Positions 34,921 to 46,280 are shown, counted from the stretch's first letter. The stretch: 64,000 bases of DNA from an uncultured Gammaproteobacteria bacterium (GCA_963797555.1 CAWCPV010000004.1:1-64000); one strand, 5' to 3'. Notes: generated by a model from the sequence alone, not told the origin. A program made the numbers and translations.

Positions 34921-35631
34921 TTAGGCCGCATACCAGAGCACTGCGAAGTAATGGCATACGGTACCCGCTATTACAAACAAATGCCAGATGAAGTGACCGT
35001 ATCGCAGGCGCGAATCGGCCGCGAAGAAGGCCACACCCGCTGTGTAAGCCACGCCTCCTGCGACCAGCCATAGTAGGCCGGATGCTGGTACGCGGGCATA
35101 CAACGGATTGACTGCGATCAGAATGAGCCACCCCATGAGCAGGTAAAGGCTAGTGGAGACGATGGGATGGGACATCCTATCAAACGCCTTCAGCGCCACC
35201 CCGGCCACGGCAAGACCCCAGACGAGCCCAAGGAGCGTCCAGCCCCACGCGCCACGAAGTACACCAAGCGTGAACGGCGTGTAGGTACCAGCGATGAGGA
35301 GAAAGATCGCGGAGTGCTCGATGACCTGAAACACACGCTTTGCCTTGCCTATCGGTAGGGCGTGATAGAGGGTGGAAGCAAGGTAAAGCAGCACCATGGT
35401 CGCGGCGAAGAGACTCGCGCCGACGATGAATCCCCTATCTCCTCGCCGTACTGCATGCATGATAAGAAACGGGGTTGCCACGAGTGCCGCGACCAGCCCT
35501 ATACCGTGGCTGATGCTGTTCGCGATTTCTTCCCCTCGCGACTGCTCACGCTTGGGTACTGAAGCGATATGCTCACGACATTCCAACCTACGGCCTAACC
35601 GGTCATGGCGATTGTCGCAACCCCGGAGCAT
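34921..35631 (-). CDS. trhA: Hemolysin III / PAQR family membrane protein
   Basis: EEIANSISHG, ASTLYH, HSAIFLLIAGTYTP, HFIWHLFV. Confidence 0.9.
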   Translation of the reverse strand: MLRGCDNRHDRLGRRLECREHIASVPKREQSRGEEIANSISHGIGLVAALVATPFLIMHAVRRGDRGFIVGASLFAATMVLLYLASTLYHALPIGKAKRVFQVIEHSAIFLLIAGTYTPFTLGVLRGAWGWTLLGLVWGLAVAGVALKAFDRMSHPIVSTSLYLLMGWLILIAVNPLYARVPASGLLWLVAGGVAYTAGVAFFAADSRLRYGHFIWHLFVIAGTVCHYFAVLWYAA

Positions 35632-35946
35632 GAAAACACTAACGCCCCGTCTCCTTTAATCGGGACCGGTTCCCTCACCACTCCCTCTGAAGATAAGAAC
35701 GACTGCCCCGACAGTGGCAACAACAATGTAAACCGGGGACGGACCACAGTTGATAGCAAGCTTCTCCTATAAGCTCTTAAGCTCTCGCCCGAACAAAATA
35801 CCCGTTTCCGGTGGCGGCTGCCGCTCGACATTGACCTCGGGCTGCCCCTGCTGCTGGACCTCAACCCTGTTCTACGGTCACCTGAGGCTGCGGCTGTTCC
35901 ACCGTGACGTGAGGCGGCGGTTGATTTACCGTCACGCTTAGCTGAA

Positions 35947-36738
35947 GGATACGAAATCCAATGGCTCTAGACAGTGAGGAGTGTAGGGTCGGGGCGCGCA
36001 GCGGTCAAGGCGCGGGGAAGGGGTGCGCTCGACAAGGTCGGGTTGGGGTGCCCGAGGCAGGCGCAGCCTGCGCTTGGGGTGGCTTGGGGGCTGCGGTTGG
36101 GGTGTTTCCCGGCGAGCGGTGCGAACGTCGCCGTGCCTCTTGCCGAGGGCTCGCGCCGGCCGAGGGGTGGCGCGCGAGGCTGACCAGGAGAGGGTCTGGT
36201 CGAATTCGAAGGCCGGCGCCGGCTGGGCTGCTGAAGGGTCGGAGACCGGACTCTGGTCGGGCACCTCCCACTCCCGCGGACCCCGCGCGCGGGAGACCGG
36301 CGGCGGCTGGGCCGGGTCCCCGAGGTGCTGGAGAATGCGGGTAACCGAGGCCGTATCGGTGACGAAGGCGAGGATCCGCATCGGAACCCCACAGTGAAGA
36401 CAGACCAGCGGAAACACCTCGTAGATTCTCGCCAGCAGCATCGCCCGTAGCGAGGTGGCATACGATCGGTGCACCGTCGCTGCGGCGCGCTCCGCCGAGC
36501 TGGCTGGCGGCAGGCATAGAGCCGCGTCCGAGGGCGCTTGCGCCGCGGTGCCAGTCGCCATCGCCGTCACCTGTGCCCGCCAGGGGACGTTCGGCGCCAG
36601 CACCCCGTAATAGCGATGGCGGTGAACCCGCGGCGGTGGGATGAGGGCCGCCAGCCGGTCCAGGAACTCGAGCGCCGTGAGGCGGAGCTGCGTTTTCCCA
36701 TCGGGCAGGGCTTTGGGCAAGCGGTAGACCAGGGCCTG
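35947..36738 (-). mobile_element. IS91/ISCR-like transposase C-terminal half plus oriIS-like end (remnant B)
   Basis: LEFLDRLAALIPPPR.HRHRYYGVLAPN, CLHCG..MRILAF; terminal motif ccattggatttcgtatcc; TTGACC-17-TACACT at 36008..35980. Confidence 0.82.
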
Positions 36739-36741
36739 TCG

Positions 36742-37311
36742 CTACTTCTTCTCCGGCTCCTTCTGTTCTTCCTTATGAGCTTCCTTTTGGGCGGGGGCGA
36801 CCATCTGCTGTAGCAAGTCCAGACGCTTGTCCATTTGCTCCACCAACGACTGCAAGCTCTCGAGCTTTCCCTCGAGATCCCCCATGCCACCCATTCCGGG
36901 ACCTCCCATCATGCCCGGACCCCCCATCCCGCCGGGACCGCCCATCCCGCCGGGACCGCCCATACTGGGATAGCCGCGCATCCCGCCCGGGCCTCCGCCC
37001 ATCCGGCCGCGACCGCCCATGCCGGGATAGCCGCCCCTGCCACCGTGGCCTCCGCCCATACCGCCAGGGCCACCCATGCGAGGGTATCCGCCCATACCGC
37101 TCGGGCCACCCATCATGCCCGGACCACCGGCTCCGCCATGGCCGCTCTGGCACGGCTCTCCAATCGTGGGCGTCGGCTGGACCTTCTCCATGCCCTTTTG
37201 GTCCGAAGCGGCACTGCCCTGGCCGGACGCCGATCCGCCGGCCTCAGCGGCCAGAAGAAGTGGGCTCGCGGCAAGCAGCGTTGTAGCAGCAAACAGGGTA
37301 CGCAATTTCAT
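36742..37311 (-). CDS. Secreted Gly/Met/Pro-rich low-complexity protein with C-terminal coiled coil
   Basis: AAGGAG RBS; signal peptide MKLRTLFAATTLLAASPLLLA; GGPGGM/GGYP repeats; LEGKLESLQSLVEQMDKRLDLL heptads. Confidence 0.75.
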   Translation of the reverse strand: MKLRTLFAATTLLAASPLLLAAEAGGSASGQGSAASDQKGMEKVQPTPTIGEPCQSGHGGAGGPGMMGGPSGMGGYPRMGGPGGMGGGHGGRGGYPGMGGRGRMGGGPGGMRGYPSMGGPGGMGGPGGMGGPGMMGGPGMGGMGDLEGKLESLQSLVEQMDKRLDLLQQMVAPAQKEAHKEEQKEPEKK

Positions 37312-37589
37312 ATCTCGACTCCTTTCGCGGTTTTTGAAGGCTAAATCAACGACCGAGCTTTGTCTCGTGGTTCTAAGCGTGTCCAGCGACCGCCGGAACA
37401 CCGAGGCCTAAGCATTATTGACAAATTGGCCCAAGCCGTCAACGAACACCGAGCGCTTCGCGGCAAGGGTGGCACTAACGTCGACCAACGCGAGCCATCA
37501 CCAGGTCGCGCTAGCCCGGTGCGCGGCCCTTGACAGCGGCCGCCTCATAGAGCCTTTCACGAGGCGGTCGGACTCACCCGGGAGCGTAT

Positions 37590-37950
37590 CGCAAAGGTCC
37601 AGGAACAGATGCGCCGTCGGGTGCTCAGGGCCTTCGTCCGCCGAGGCTTGCTCGAACCCGAGGCGCCCCGCAACATGCGGGGGTGGGAAGCTGGCGGCGG
37701 CCTCTCGGTGAATGCCTCCATCCGAGTGGAGGCGCACGGCCGCGCGGGGCTGGAGCGGTGGCTCTCGCTATTGCGCCCGACTGCCGTTTGCCCTGGCGCG
37801 GCTGAAGCAGGTCGAGTGACAGAACGAGGTCTTGGTCTACCACTGCCCAAAGCCCCGCCCGACGGGAAAACGCAGCTTCACCTCAGCCGCTGGGGCTCCT
37901 GGACCGGCTGGCGGCCCTCATCGCGGCGCCTCGCATCCATCGCCAACCCC
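37590..37950 (+). mobile_element. Degenerate IS91/ISCR-like transposase middle fragment
   Basis: RRRVLRAFVRRGLL, GGGLSVNAS, R.GLER, LPKAPPDGKTQL. Confidence 0.7.
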
Positions 37951-37953
37951 CCC

Positions 37954-38700
37954 TGTGTCAGGCTGGTTGTCGTGTTGATTTGAGTAGACTCTTAATAGAG
38001 ACGAGGAGAGGGTTAGATGACGTACTCGCTGGAACGTAAGGAAGCGGTGCTGGAAAAGAGGCTGCCGCCGCGCAGCCGTTCAATTCCCGAGCTGGCCGAG
38101 GAGGAAGGGATCTCGGCGGGGACGCTGTATCTGTGGAGAAAGCAAGCGCGAGCCCAAGGTCGGCTGCTGCCGGATGGGGACAGCGGTCCTGAGGGGTGGG
38201 GCTCGGCGGACAAGTTTGCCGCGGTGCTGGAGACAGCAGCGCTCAATGAGGCGCAGCTTGCCGAGTACTGCCGCAAGCGGGGGTTGTATCCCGAGCAGGT
38301 AACGCAGTGGCGGGTGGCGTGCGAGCAGGCCAATGCCTGGGACCAAGAGCAGAGCCGGCGCCTGAAGGCGGCCCGCCAGCAGGACCAGCAGCGGCTGCGG
38401 GAGTTGGAGCGCGAACTCAAACGCGGGGAGAAGGCGTTGGCCGAGGCGGTGGCACTCTTGGTGCTGCGAAAAGAGCCGCAGCGATCTGGGGGGAGGACGA
38501 GGTCGCATGATCGGCGCCTCAGATCGCAACCGAGCCGTCACGTTGATCAACGAAGCCCACCGCGCTGGTGCTTGCAGGCAGGCAGCATGTCGGGAGCTGG
38601 GGGTGAGTATTCGCACTTACCAGCGCTGGACGAGCCAAGGCACGGTCAAGGCCGACCGGCGGCCCAGCGCGGTGCGTCCCGAGCCCGCCAACAAGCCGAG
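37954..38700 (+). mobile_element. IS3-family relic (orfA 38017..~38510 and start of orfB at 38507), truncated
   Basis: TG end; YSLERKEAVL, TLY.WRK, YCRKRGLYPEQ, KALAEA.ALLVLRK; orfB ACRELGVSIRTYQRW. Confidence 0.82.
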
Positions 38701-38828
38701 CCGCCGAGGAGCGCGCTCGGCTGCCCTACCTCCGCTTCGCTCCGGCAGGTCCGCGGCTGAACCGGGGCGTTGGGCTCAACTGGCGGCGACTCAGGGGCTT
38801 TGAGTTCTGGGTCAAAGCAAGTGCGGGA

Positions 38829-41676
38829 GTGAAGTTCCGTGGCGGGATCGAGCAGCCGTCGTGGAAAGCGAAAGCCGTGCCTCGGAAACGGGAACGAAAA
38901 TACAGGAGAGTCGCCCGTAGGGATTCGCACAAGAACGTGACCAGGACCATCTGTTCAGCACTTTTCCTGTTCGCCGCGATGGTCGCACACGGCGGCCCAT
39001 CCGCTAGACTTGATCCTGAGGAATGGCTCAGGGAGGCTGAGGCTGCTTACGACAGAGTCACAAGTTACACCGCCGTCTTTCATAAACAGCAGCGCGTTGC
39101 CGGAAAGCTCCTTCCCGAAGCAACCATACTGCTCAAGTGCAGAAAGAAACCATTCAGTCTGTATATGAAGTGGATAAGAGCGCCTTACAAGGGAAGCGAG
39201 TTGCTGTATGTGGCAGGCTGGAATGAAGGCCGGATCAGGGCTCACAGGGGCGGGATACTGCGCTTCATCGTACGCAATCTCGACCCAAGGGACCCGCGGC
39301 TCATGGCGAGAGAACTTCGTCCGGTCACCAGTACGGGGATTGGATACCTCCTGGAAACCGTGGCGACAAACATCCGCAAGGCGATCAAGGTCGGCGAACT
39401 CACCTTCTCGGAGCATGGAGCAGAAACGCTGTACGGCAGGAACACGCAGGTCCTGGAAGTGGTTTTCCCAAAGGAGCGGGCAAAGGACTACGATGGTTAC
39501 CGGTATGTCATCAACCAGGATGTCGAGAGCAAGATCCTGGTGAGGATCAGAGTCTATGACCGGCATGACCAGCTCGTCGAGAACTACGGCTACGAGAACC
39601 TTGACCTTAACCCGACTTCGCGGATTCGCACGGCGATTGGCCCGCTGGCCAGGGGTAAGTGATTGTTTGTTGGTGCCGTGGTGGGCCAAAAAGGGTCGAA
39701 ATGCGCTGTAGTGAAGACCTTGCTTGTTTTCAAGGGGAAAAATCTGCGGATAATGATGTTCCATCATGTTTCTAAGGGCCACGACGCGGAAGAAAGACGG
39801 CAAGGAGCACCGTTACTGGAGTATTGTCGAGAATAGGCGCCTGAGCGGTGGGCGCGTGCTGCAACGGCATGTGCTGTATTTGGGTGAGATCAACTCCTCG
39901 CAGGAGTTGGCGTGGCGCAAATCCATTGAGGTGTTCGAAGACGGGGCGCTGACACCGCGCACGATGTCGTTGTTTCCCGAGGAGCGATCTGAAGAGCTGT
40001 CGAGGGATGCTTCGGTGGTACGTTTGCGGCTGAAAGAATTGCGGCTGTGCCGACCGCGGCAGTGGGGTGCGTGTTGGCTGGCGCTGCAACTGTGGGAGGA
40101 ATTGCAGTTAGATCGCTTCTGGTGGGAACGGTTAACGCCGAGTCGCAAGGGCACTCGGTGGGATCAGGTGTTATTCGTGCTCGTGGCCTATCGGTTGCTG
40201 GCACCGGGCAGCGAGTGGCGGTTGCACCGGGAGTGGTTTGGCCGTACGGCCTTGGCGGATTTGCTCGGAGTGGATGCGGCGCTCTCCGACAGCCACAGGC
40301 TGTATGTCTGTCACGACCGCTTGCTGGAGCACAAGGCGGCGGTCTTTGACCATCTGGTGCGGCGGTGGCGGGATCTGTTCAATGCCACCTTCGAGGTGCT
40401 GCTCTACGACCTCACGAGCACCTACTTTGAGTGTGAGCCCCCGCAGTCGGAGCAGGACAAACGACGATTCGGCCACTCGCGCGATAAGCGCAGGGACTGT
40501 GTGCAGGTGGTGATCGCCTGGGTGGTGACCCCGGAAGGCTTGCCCTTGGCCTATGAAGTGTTGGCGGGCAATACGGCCGACAAGACGACGTTGAAGGAGT
40601 TCCTCGCGCGCATTGAGCGTCAGTACGGAAGAGCGCAGCGGATTTGGGTGATGGACCGCGGCATTCCGACCGAAGCGGTGCTGGAAGAGATGCGCGCAAG
40701 TCGCCCGCCAGTGCACTGACCTGGTGGGCACGCCCAAGGGGCGGCTCAGCAAATTGGAGAGCGCGCTGCTGCTCAAGCCGTGGCGGGAAGCGCGCCCCGG
40801 CGTAGCCGTGAAACTGTTGGCGCAGGATGGGGAGCTGTATGTGTACGCGCAAAGTGAACAGCGCGTGGCGAAGGAGCGTGCGATACGACGGCGCAAGCTG
40901 AAGTGGTTATGGGCGCGGTTGAAGAAACTCGCGACCATGCAGCTCACCCGCGAGCAACTGCTGATGAAGCTCGGTGCGGCGCGCCAACACGGCCCGGCGG
41001 TATGGCGCTTGGTTCAACTGGAGGTCGACCCCAAGGACGCCACGTTTAGCTACCGCCTGCGCCGCGATAAGCTGCGTGAAGTGCGCCGGCGCGAAGGACG
41101 GTATCTGCTGCGCACCAATCTCACCGACACCGATCCCGCCAAGCTATGGGGGTTTACCTGCAACTGGTGGCGGTGGAAGAAGCATTCAAGAATCTCAAGG
41201 GGGATTTGGCCATTCGGCCAATCTTTCATCAACACATCGAGCGTATCGAAGCCCATATCTTCATTGCCTTTCTTGCCTATTGTCTGCATGTCACGCTCGG
41301 GCGACGTTTGCATGCGCTCGCGCCTGGATTAACCACGCGCAGCGTGCTGGAGAAATTCGCCGCCGTGCAGATGGTCGACGCACAGGTGCCGACCACCGAT
41401 GGGCGCGAATTGACGTTCACCCGCTACACCCAACCTGAGCCAGAACTGCAACTGCTCCTCGCGCAGTTGAAGCTCGAACTGCCCGCACCACCAGCTCCGA
41501 AAATCAGCACCGCCCACACTGCCTCAGCCGCCGCGATGTAGTGCAGACCTTGCCAGGCGCCCTCTCGCAATTTCAACCACTTACGCTATCCCTACCCCGC
41601 GAATCCGCGAAGTCGGGCTAGTGCGGCACTCGCGGACGCCGCGTTCGATCCGAGGAATCCTGAGTATCACTTCTGA
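38829..41676 (+). pseudogene. DUF1571-like outer-envelope protein interrupted by IS1634 copy 2 (segments 38829-39610 and 41622-41676)
   Basis: YTAVFHKQQRV.GKL, PFSLYMKW...G.ELLYV.GWN, LVENY.YENL; resumes after IS as AALADAAFDPRNPEYHF*. Confidence 0.8.
39611..41617 (+). mobile_element. IS1634-family element copy 2 (inverted relative to copy 1), frameshifted
   Basis: Same 19-bp IR; near-identical sequence; flanks TTAA and CTAG. Confidence 0.92.
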
Positions 41677-41789
41677 GAGCGTACGGGAAACTTTCTTTTC
41701 ACCGACAGGGGTCTGAGCCCGGGTCTGAGCCTGATAGCTGCGCGCAACCAGCGGGTGCAACCCGTCTCCCGCGCCTGTTAGGCGGCACA

Positions 41790-42130
41790 CGGGCGCTCCA
41801 TGCGGTCGTTGACCACACAGCGGCAGGCCCTTCGACGACCCCGGAAGCGATGGGATAGCCGGCTGCCAGATATTCGTCGTAAGCCATGCGGTGGGCATGG
41901 TGCTCGAAGCTCGCGGCCCCCCAGAGGTAGGAGCTGGCATGCAGCAGGTCGAGCACCTCGATGACCTCGAACCGCGTCTCGGGCAAGTGCTCTAGGCCAG
42001 GGCCCACCGACCCAGCTCCAACACCCGATCCCACAGCGCTTTTTCCACCTCATGCGCCGCTTGACCGGCCTCAAAGGCGCTGCTCCACATAGCGCCGGAC
42101 CTACCTTCCCACCATAGCCTGGCGGCAAGG
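41790..42130 (-). mobile_element. ISKra4-like transposase relic
   Basis: LDLLHASSYLW and RMAYDEYLAAGYPIASGVVEG(A)CR.VV.DRMER motifs. Confidence 0.7.
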
Positions 42131-42301
42131 AGCCGATTTGTTCAGCCTCTGTGCTTCGCCTTAGCTCATCCGTGTGTCAACCCGTGGGAGGCGAATTGCA
42201 CCCCAGCGCTTCGCGCCCTCCACGCCTCGTCGGTTGACATGTTCTAAAAATAGGCGTATCACTCGTCCTTCCTGCTTCCCGAACGATTAAGGACAGACCT
42301 A

Positions 42302-42631
42302 ATGAAAATCCAGCTCGCGACAACCTGTTTCGTCATGGGGACCTTCCTGGCCCCCGTGGTGGCCCATGCCGGCGATCCAGATTCGGACCGTACACACCCC
42401 CTGACATTCGTCACGGACTCAGTAATAACCACCAAAATCAAGGCTAAGCTGGCCAACGAGAAGATGAGCAGTCTGGTGCATCTTCAGGTCGATACCGACA
42501 GCAACGGCGCCGTGGTTTTGAGCGGCAAAGTCCGAACCCAGGAAGAAGCCGACAAAGCTGTTGCAATCGCGCGCGAGACCGAGGGCGTAACTTCGGTCAA
42601 GAGCAATATCCATATCGAGAAAGATGATTAG
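42302..42631 (+). CDS. BON-domain (OsmY-like) secreted protein
   Basis: Signal peptide, DSVITTKIKAKL, V.LSG.V, A..IAR.TEGV.SV. Confidence 0.88.
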   Translation: MKIQLATTCFVMGTFLAPVVAHAGDPDSDRTHPLTFVTDSVITTKIKAKLANEKMSSLVHLQVDTDSNGAVVLSGKVRTQEEADKAVAIARETEGVTSVKSNIHIEKDD

Positions 42632-43014
42632 GGTTCTGGTTCAAGACAGACGCCCTTCCAATCCAGATGCGTCCAGCGCGTAGCGCATGCCCGCGCGGGC
42701 AGGTCTCGGTTCCAGCAGAATCGAGGCCTGGCTTTTTATCAAAATGTTCGACAACGCGTTGGAGCAGGCACCGCCGCGAATCCAACGCCTCCGGGTACGT
42801 TCCGCGTTACCAGGAGCAGCGTCGTGATCGCCTGGATGACCGCCGTGGCGAGCACAGGCATGATCCTCCCGGGAACTCTGACGCATTGGCGTAACAACTA
42901 TCCCCGCTCATACGTCCGCAACGCAATGTCGCGAGGGTACTTGCGCGCATCACCCCATAAGTGGGGTGATGGCTCAAGCGTCGCGCAGGGGAGTCCTTTT
43001 ATCAAAATCTCTTA

Positions 43015-43386
43015 TCAAAATCTCCGAAAACGCACAAGTTCGTCGCGCAGCCATTGGCTACTCGTCACCGGTGCGCCACCATTACACCTCACCTCATACG
43101 GTTTACCGCTAAGACTGCTTTGCGTGGCAGCTCTTTCAATAAAGTCCTCGCCGGTATTGATCAGATTGTTTGCCACCAGGTATTTATACTTGTCCCGTAA
43201 ATGCGTTTGCGCAGCTTTCCCGTCGTACCAGGTTCCGTTGCGATAAAACTCACATCCAGACCCCTCGATATAGCCAAGCAGAAAATTGACTTCTATTTGC
43301 ACATTTGTCGGGGGCTCCGCACGCGCAACTGGCACCACCAAGAGTCCCAGCATCAGTACCCAGTACCTTGTCAATCGTACGTTCAT
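43015..43386 (-). CDS. DUF5329 family secreted protein
   Basis: SGCEFYRNG.WY...A..HLR.KY, EDFIE..AT.SS.SGKPY.V.C. Confidence 0.8.
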   Translation of the reverse strand: MNVRLTRYWVLMLGLLVVPVARAEPPTNVQIEVNFLLGYIEGSGCEFYRNGTWYDGKAAQTHLRDKYKYLVANNLINTGEDFIERAATQSSLSGKPYEVRCNGGAPVTSSQWLRDELVRFRRF

Positions 43387-45004
43387 AGTTCCTTATCCAG
43401 TTGCAGTACCGAGAACATATGGACCTTGACTCTTTGCCAGTTACTCCGCGCCGGTTCCGTGTCGTACTCAACGGCTTTTCCGTGTTCCTGAGTGAGCCAC
43501 ACCAAGCTTGGCGAACCCCCTGCGTCGTTCCGACGCAATGCCAGCTTGTAGGAATTGACCGGCTGCACCATGGCGTCGAAACGCGCAGCAATCTGTTGAG
43601 CAAGCGCGGGACTGTCAATGATCAAGCCAATCTCGGTGTTAAGGTGCATCGATCGTTGATCGAAGTTCATCGAGCCTATATACAGCCTCTGGCGGTCGAA
43701 TACAAACAGTTTCGCGTGCAGGGAATAATTTCCATAGCGCGATATTGCCTTCGTTTCACCGCTACCTCTGGCGGTACCCAGAAGCGAGCGGATCTCATAC
43801 AGCTCCACGCCCATCTCAAGCAGGGGCACCCGATAATGCATATAGCCGGACTGCGCCAGCAACGAGGCCGATGATGCGAGCGAGCTGGTCAGGACGCGGA
43901 TACGTACGTTGCGTTGGCGCAGGGTTTTGAACAACTGCATTCCCTCGTTCCCCGGTATCAGGTAGGGCGTGACCATCAGCAACTCGGACTTTACCGCGGC
44001 AGCGGCATTGGCCACCGCCCGATGCATCAGCCTGCCCACCATCGCGCCGTTTTCCACTTTCTTCTTGTCGGGGCTGTCGCAGATCAGCTGCGCGTGCGCC
44101 CAGATCAGAGGCAAGCGGCTGGAGAGTATCCCGTTAAATGGCTCGCCGGTCGCAACCCGCTTCACATAGTCAAACCCGTCCGCCTTCAACTGCGGGCTCT
44201 GTTCGTTCGATACCTCGCGATGCTCGGTTAAGGCGGCATGTGACGACTGTTTCCGTGAAAGCGCCCCAGCGGGGATCGACAGGCCGCTGTTCCAGTACTC
44301 GTCGAAGGTCGCCGAGAGCTGTTGGGCGATAGGACCGGCGGCAAATACGTCGTCGTCGGCGAATTGGGACTCAGGGTCGAGCTGAAAGTATTGATCACCT
44401 ATATTGCGCCCGCCTATTAGGGCTATCGCGTTGTCCACGACGAGCAATTTATTGTGCATTCTGTAGTCGAGCCGGGAGGCGTTAAACATGTATTCGATGC
44501 CTCGAAACAGCTTAGTATGACCGCGATACGCGAAGGGGTTGAAGATTCGAATCTCGACTGAAGGATGCGCCTCGAGCGCTGAAATCTGCTCGTCGCCGGC
44601 CACCGTGTCGCCATCGTCGATCAGCACACGCACACGCACTCCGCGATCTGCCGCATGCAGCACAGCGTCGGTAAGCAGCCGGCCGGTTTCATCCCCGCGA
44701 AAAATGAAATATTGAAGGTCGAGGGTTCGTTCTGCGGCATTGATCATTTGCATTCGGATCAGGAAACCGTCGGCACCTACCGGAATGATGCGAAAGCCGG
44801 AGTTGCCGTTATGTTCGTGCGCCGCATTTGCAAACCGTCGGCCGAGCCCAGTCTCGTCAGGATGAGCGAGCGCCGAGGACGCCGTTCTTGGAAAGTCGGA
44901 GCCGGGGGAAGCGATGCACATCCACTAAGGACCGCGACGACCAGTACGACAAGCGAAAAGCGGAACCGGCCGACCATCACCGTTCTCCAGCGAGGTTGCC
45001 CCAT
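43383..45004 (-). CDS. clsC: Phospholipase D family / cardiolipin synthase ClsC-like lipoprotein; frameshift near 44905
   Basis: Two HKD motifs (RMHNKLLVVD, LHAKLFVFD); lipobox LSGC in the upstream frame. Confidence 0.85.
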
Positions 45005-45204
45005 AATATGGAAAGAGGGCTCACTCGCCTGCGGCATCCATCGTCCGTTGGCGACACCTGAACCGCACGCCTAGGGCCGTGCCCCTCGATGCTTGAGCGG
45101 AGCCAAGAGGGTCCTGCCCGCAACCTTCGTTGCGTTGTTGAGACGGAGACGCTGGTTTCGCTGTCCGTTGAGTGGCCGCCGGAAGGCAAAATACGGGCAA
45201 CGCG

Positions 45205-45363
45205 CTATATCTTGCCCATCAGCCACAGAACGATCAGGATCACCAAGACCAGCCCAAGACCACCACTGGGACCGTAACCCCATCCCCGGCTGTAGGGCCA
45301 GCTTGGAATCGCGCCGATCAGCAGCAGAACCAGAATGACCAGCAGAATTGTTCCTAATGTCAT
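45205..45363 (-). CDS. DUF3309 family small membrane protein (52 aa, below the ORF-track cutoff)
   Basis: MTLGTILLVILVLLLIGAIPSWPYSRGWGYGPSGGLGLVLVILIVLWLMGKI. Confidence 0.9.
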   Translation of the reverse strand: MTLGTILLVILVLLLIGAIPSWPYSRGWGYGPSGGLGLVLVILIVLWLMGKI

Positions 45364-45558
45364 TTCATCTATCCTAACGGTGGGTCATGGCGGCGCAGCG
45401 TCCGATAAACCTCTCGCAGCGCGCCAATGGTGCTTTCCTCGGGGCGCCGACACCAGTCTTCCAACTGTGAGTAGAGCCCATTGTTTTCCCGAAGCCAATT
45501 CCAGAAGTTCGGCGTCCCCCGCATGGAGAGGTGAGGCTTTTTGAATAAGCTCTCACTT

Positions 45559-45789
45559 CTAGTTGCGGGGTGAAGGCACCGGCGCAGTGGCCGGGTCCTT
45601 GCCCTTCTCGGACTGCCCAAAGTTATGCATCTTCTCCTTGGCCTTGTTCTCGTCCTGCTTCATCTTGTCCTTGTCTACCGTGAACGTGACGTTGGATTTG
45701 TCCGACGAGACGTGGAACCACTTCAGGTAAAAGCCCACGCCAACCGCGGCGACCACGACGAGAATCAGCACCATCAGCAAGCGGCTCAT
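45559..45789 (-). CDS. Small N-terminally anchored hypothetical protein
   Basis: AAGGAG RBS; TM helix, then VDKDKMKQD..KAKEK. Confidence 0.65.
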   Translation of the reverse strand: MSRLLMVLILVVVAAVGVGFYLKWFHVSSDKSNVTFTVDKDKMKQDENKAKEKMHNFGQSEKGKDPATAPVPSPRN

Positions 45790-45974
45790 CGATCTCTCCT
45801 TGAAAGGTGGGGGAATGGTTTGAACGCGAATGTTATCCATGATCGCCTGGGCGAGCGCGCGCATCATTGATGTCCATGAACGGCGAACTATTGGGCAAGG
45901 TCAATGCGTCTGTGTGCCTGAATGTGTCTGCCCGGAATGGGCGCTTTAGCCAGTTCGCTACTACAAGCGGTCGG

Positions 45975-46280
45975 CTACCAACGTCTCCACCACCTTCCTC
46001 CCCAACGCCCTCGCCATCCGCCTCCGCCGCGAACGAGCCAGATAATAAATAGGAGTACCAGCGCGCCGATGGTGGCGTTGATGATCGCTGCGATAATGCC
46101 CGAGCCAAGGTGGATGCCGAGTTGGGGCAGCAGCCAACTACCGATGAAGGCGCCTACGATTCCAATGAGGAGATCGCCGACGATCCCAAACCCGGTACCT
46201 TGCACGATCTGGCCGGCCAGCCATCCGGCGATGAGGCCGACCACCAGTATGATGAGGAGACTTTCACCTGAAATGTACAT
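45975..46280 (-). CDS. GlsB/YeaQ/YmgE (transglycosylase-associated) stress membrane protein
   Basis: GLIAGWLAG, GIVGAFIG, ATIGA; GGAGG RBS. Confidence 0.88.
   Translation of the reverse strand: MYISGESLLIILVVGLIAGWLAGQIVQGTGFGIVGDLLIGIVGAFIGSWLLPQLGIHLGSGIIAAIINATIGALVLLFIIWLVRGGGGWRGRWGGRWWRRW

Noticed and set aside
36890-37140. CRISPR array or DNA tandem repeat
   Set aside because: Repeats are codon-level Gly/Met repeats within an ORF; no constant repeat-spacer pattern or cas genes seen anywhere in the window
28164-41621. Composite transposon bounded by the two inverted IS1634 copies (outer flanks both CTAG)
   Set aside because: The DUF1571-like gene continues in frame across copy 2, so copy 2 inserted independently
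41703-41732. REP-like GGGTCTGAGCC doublet
   Set aside because: Only two short adjacent copies and no RAYT gene; insufficient support
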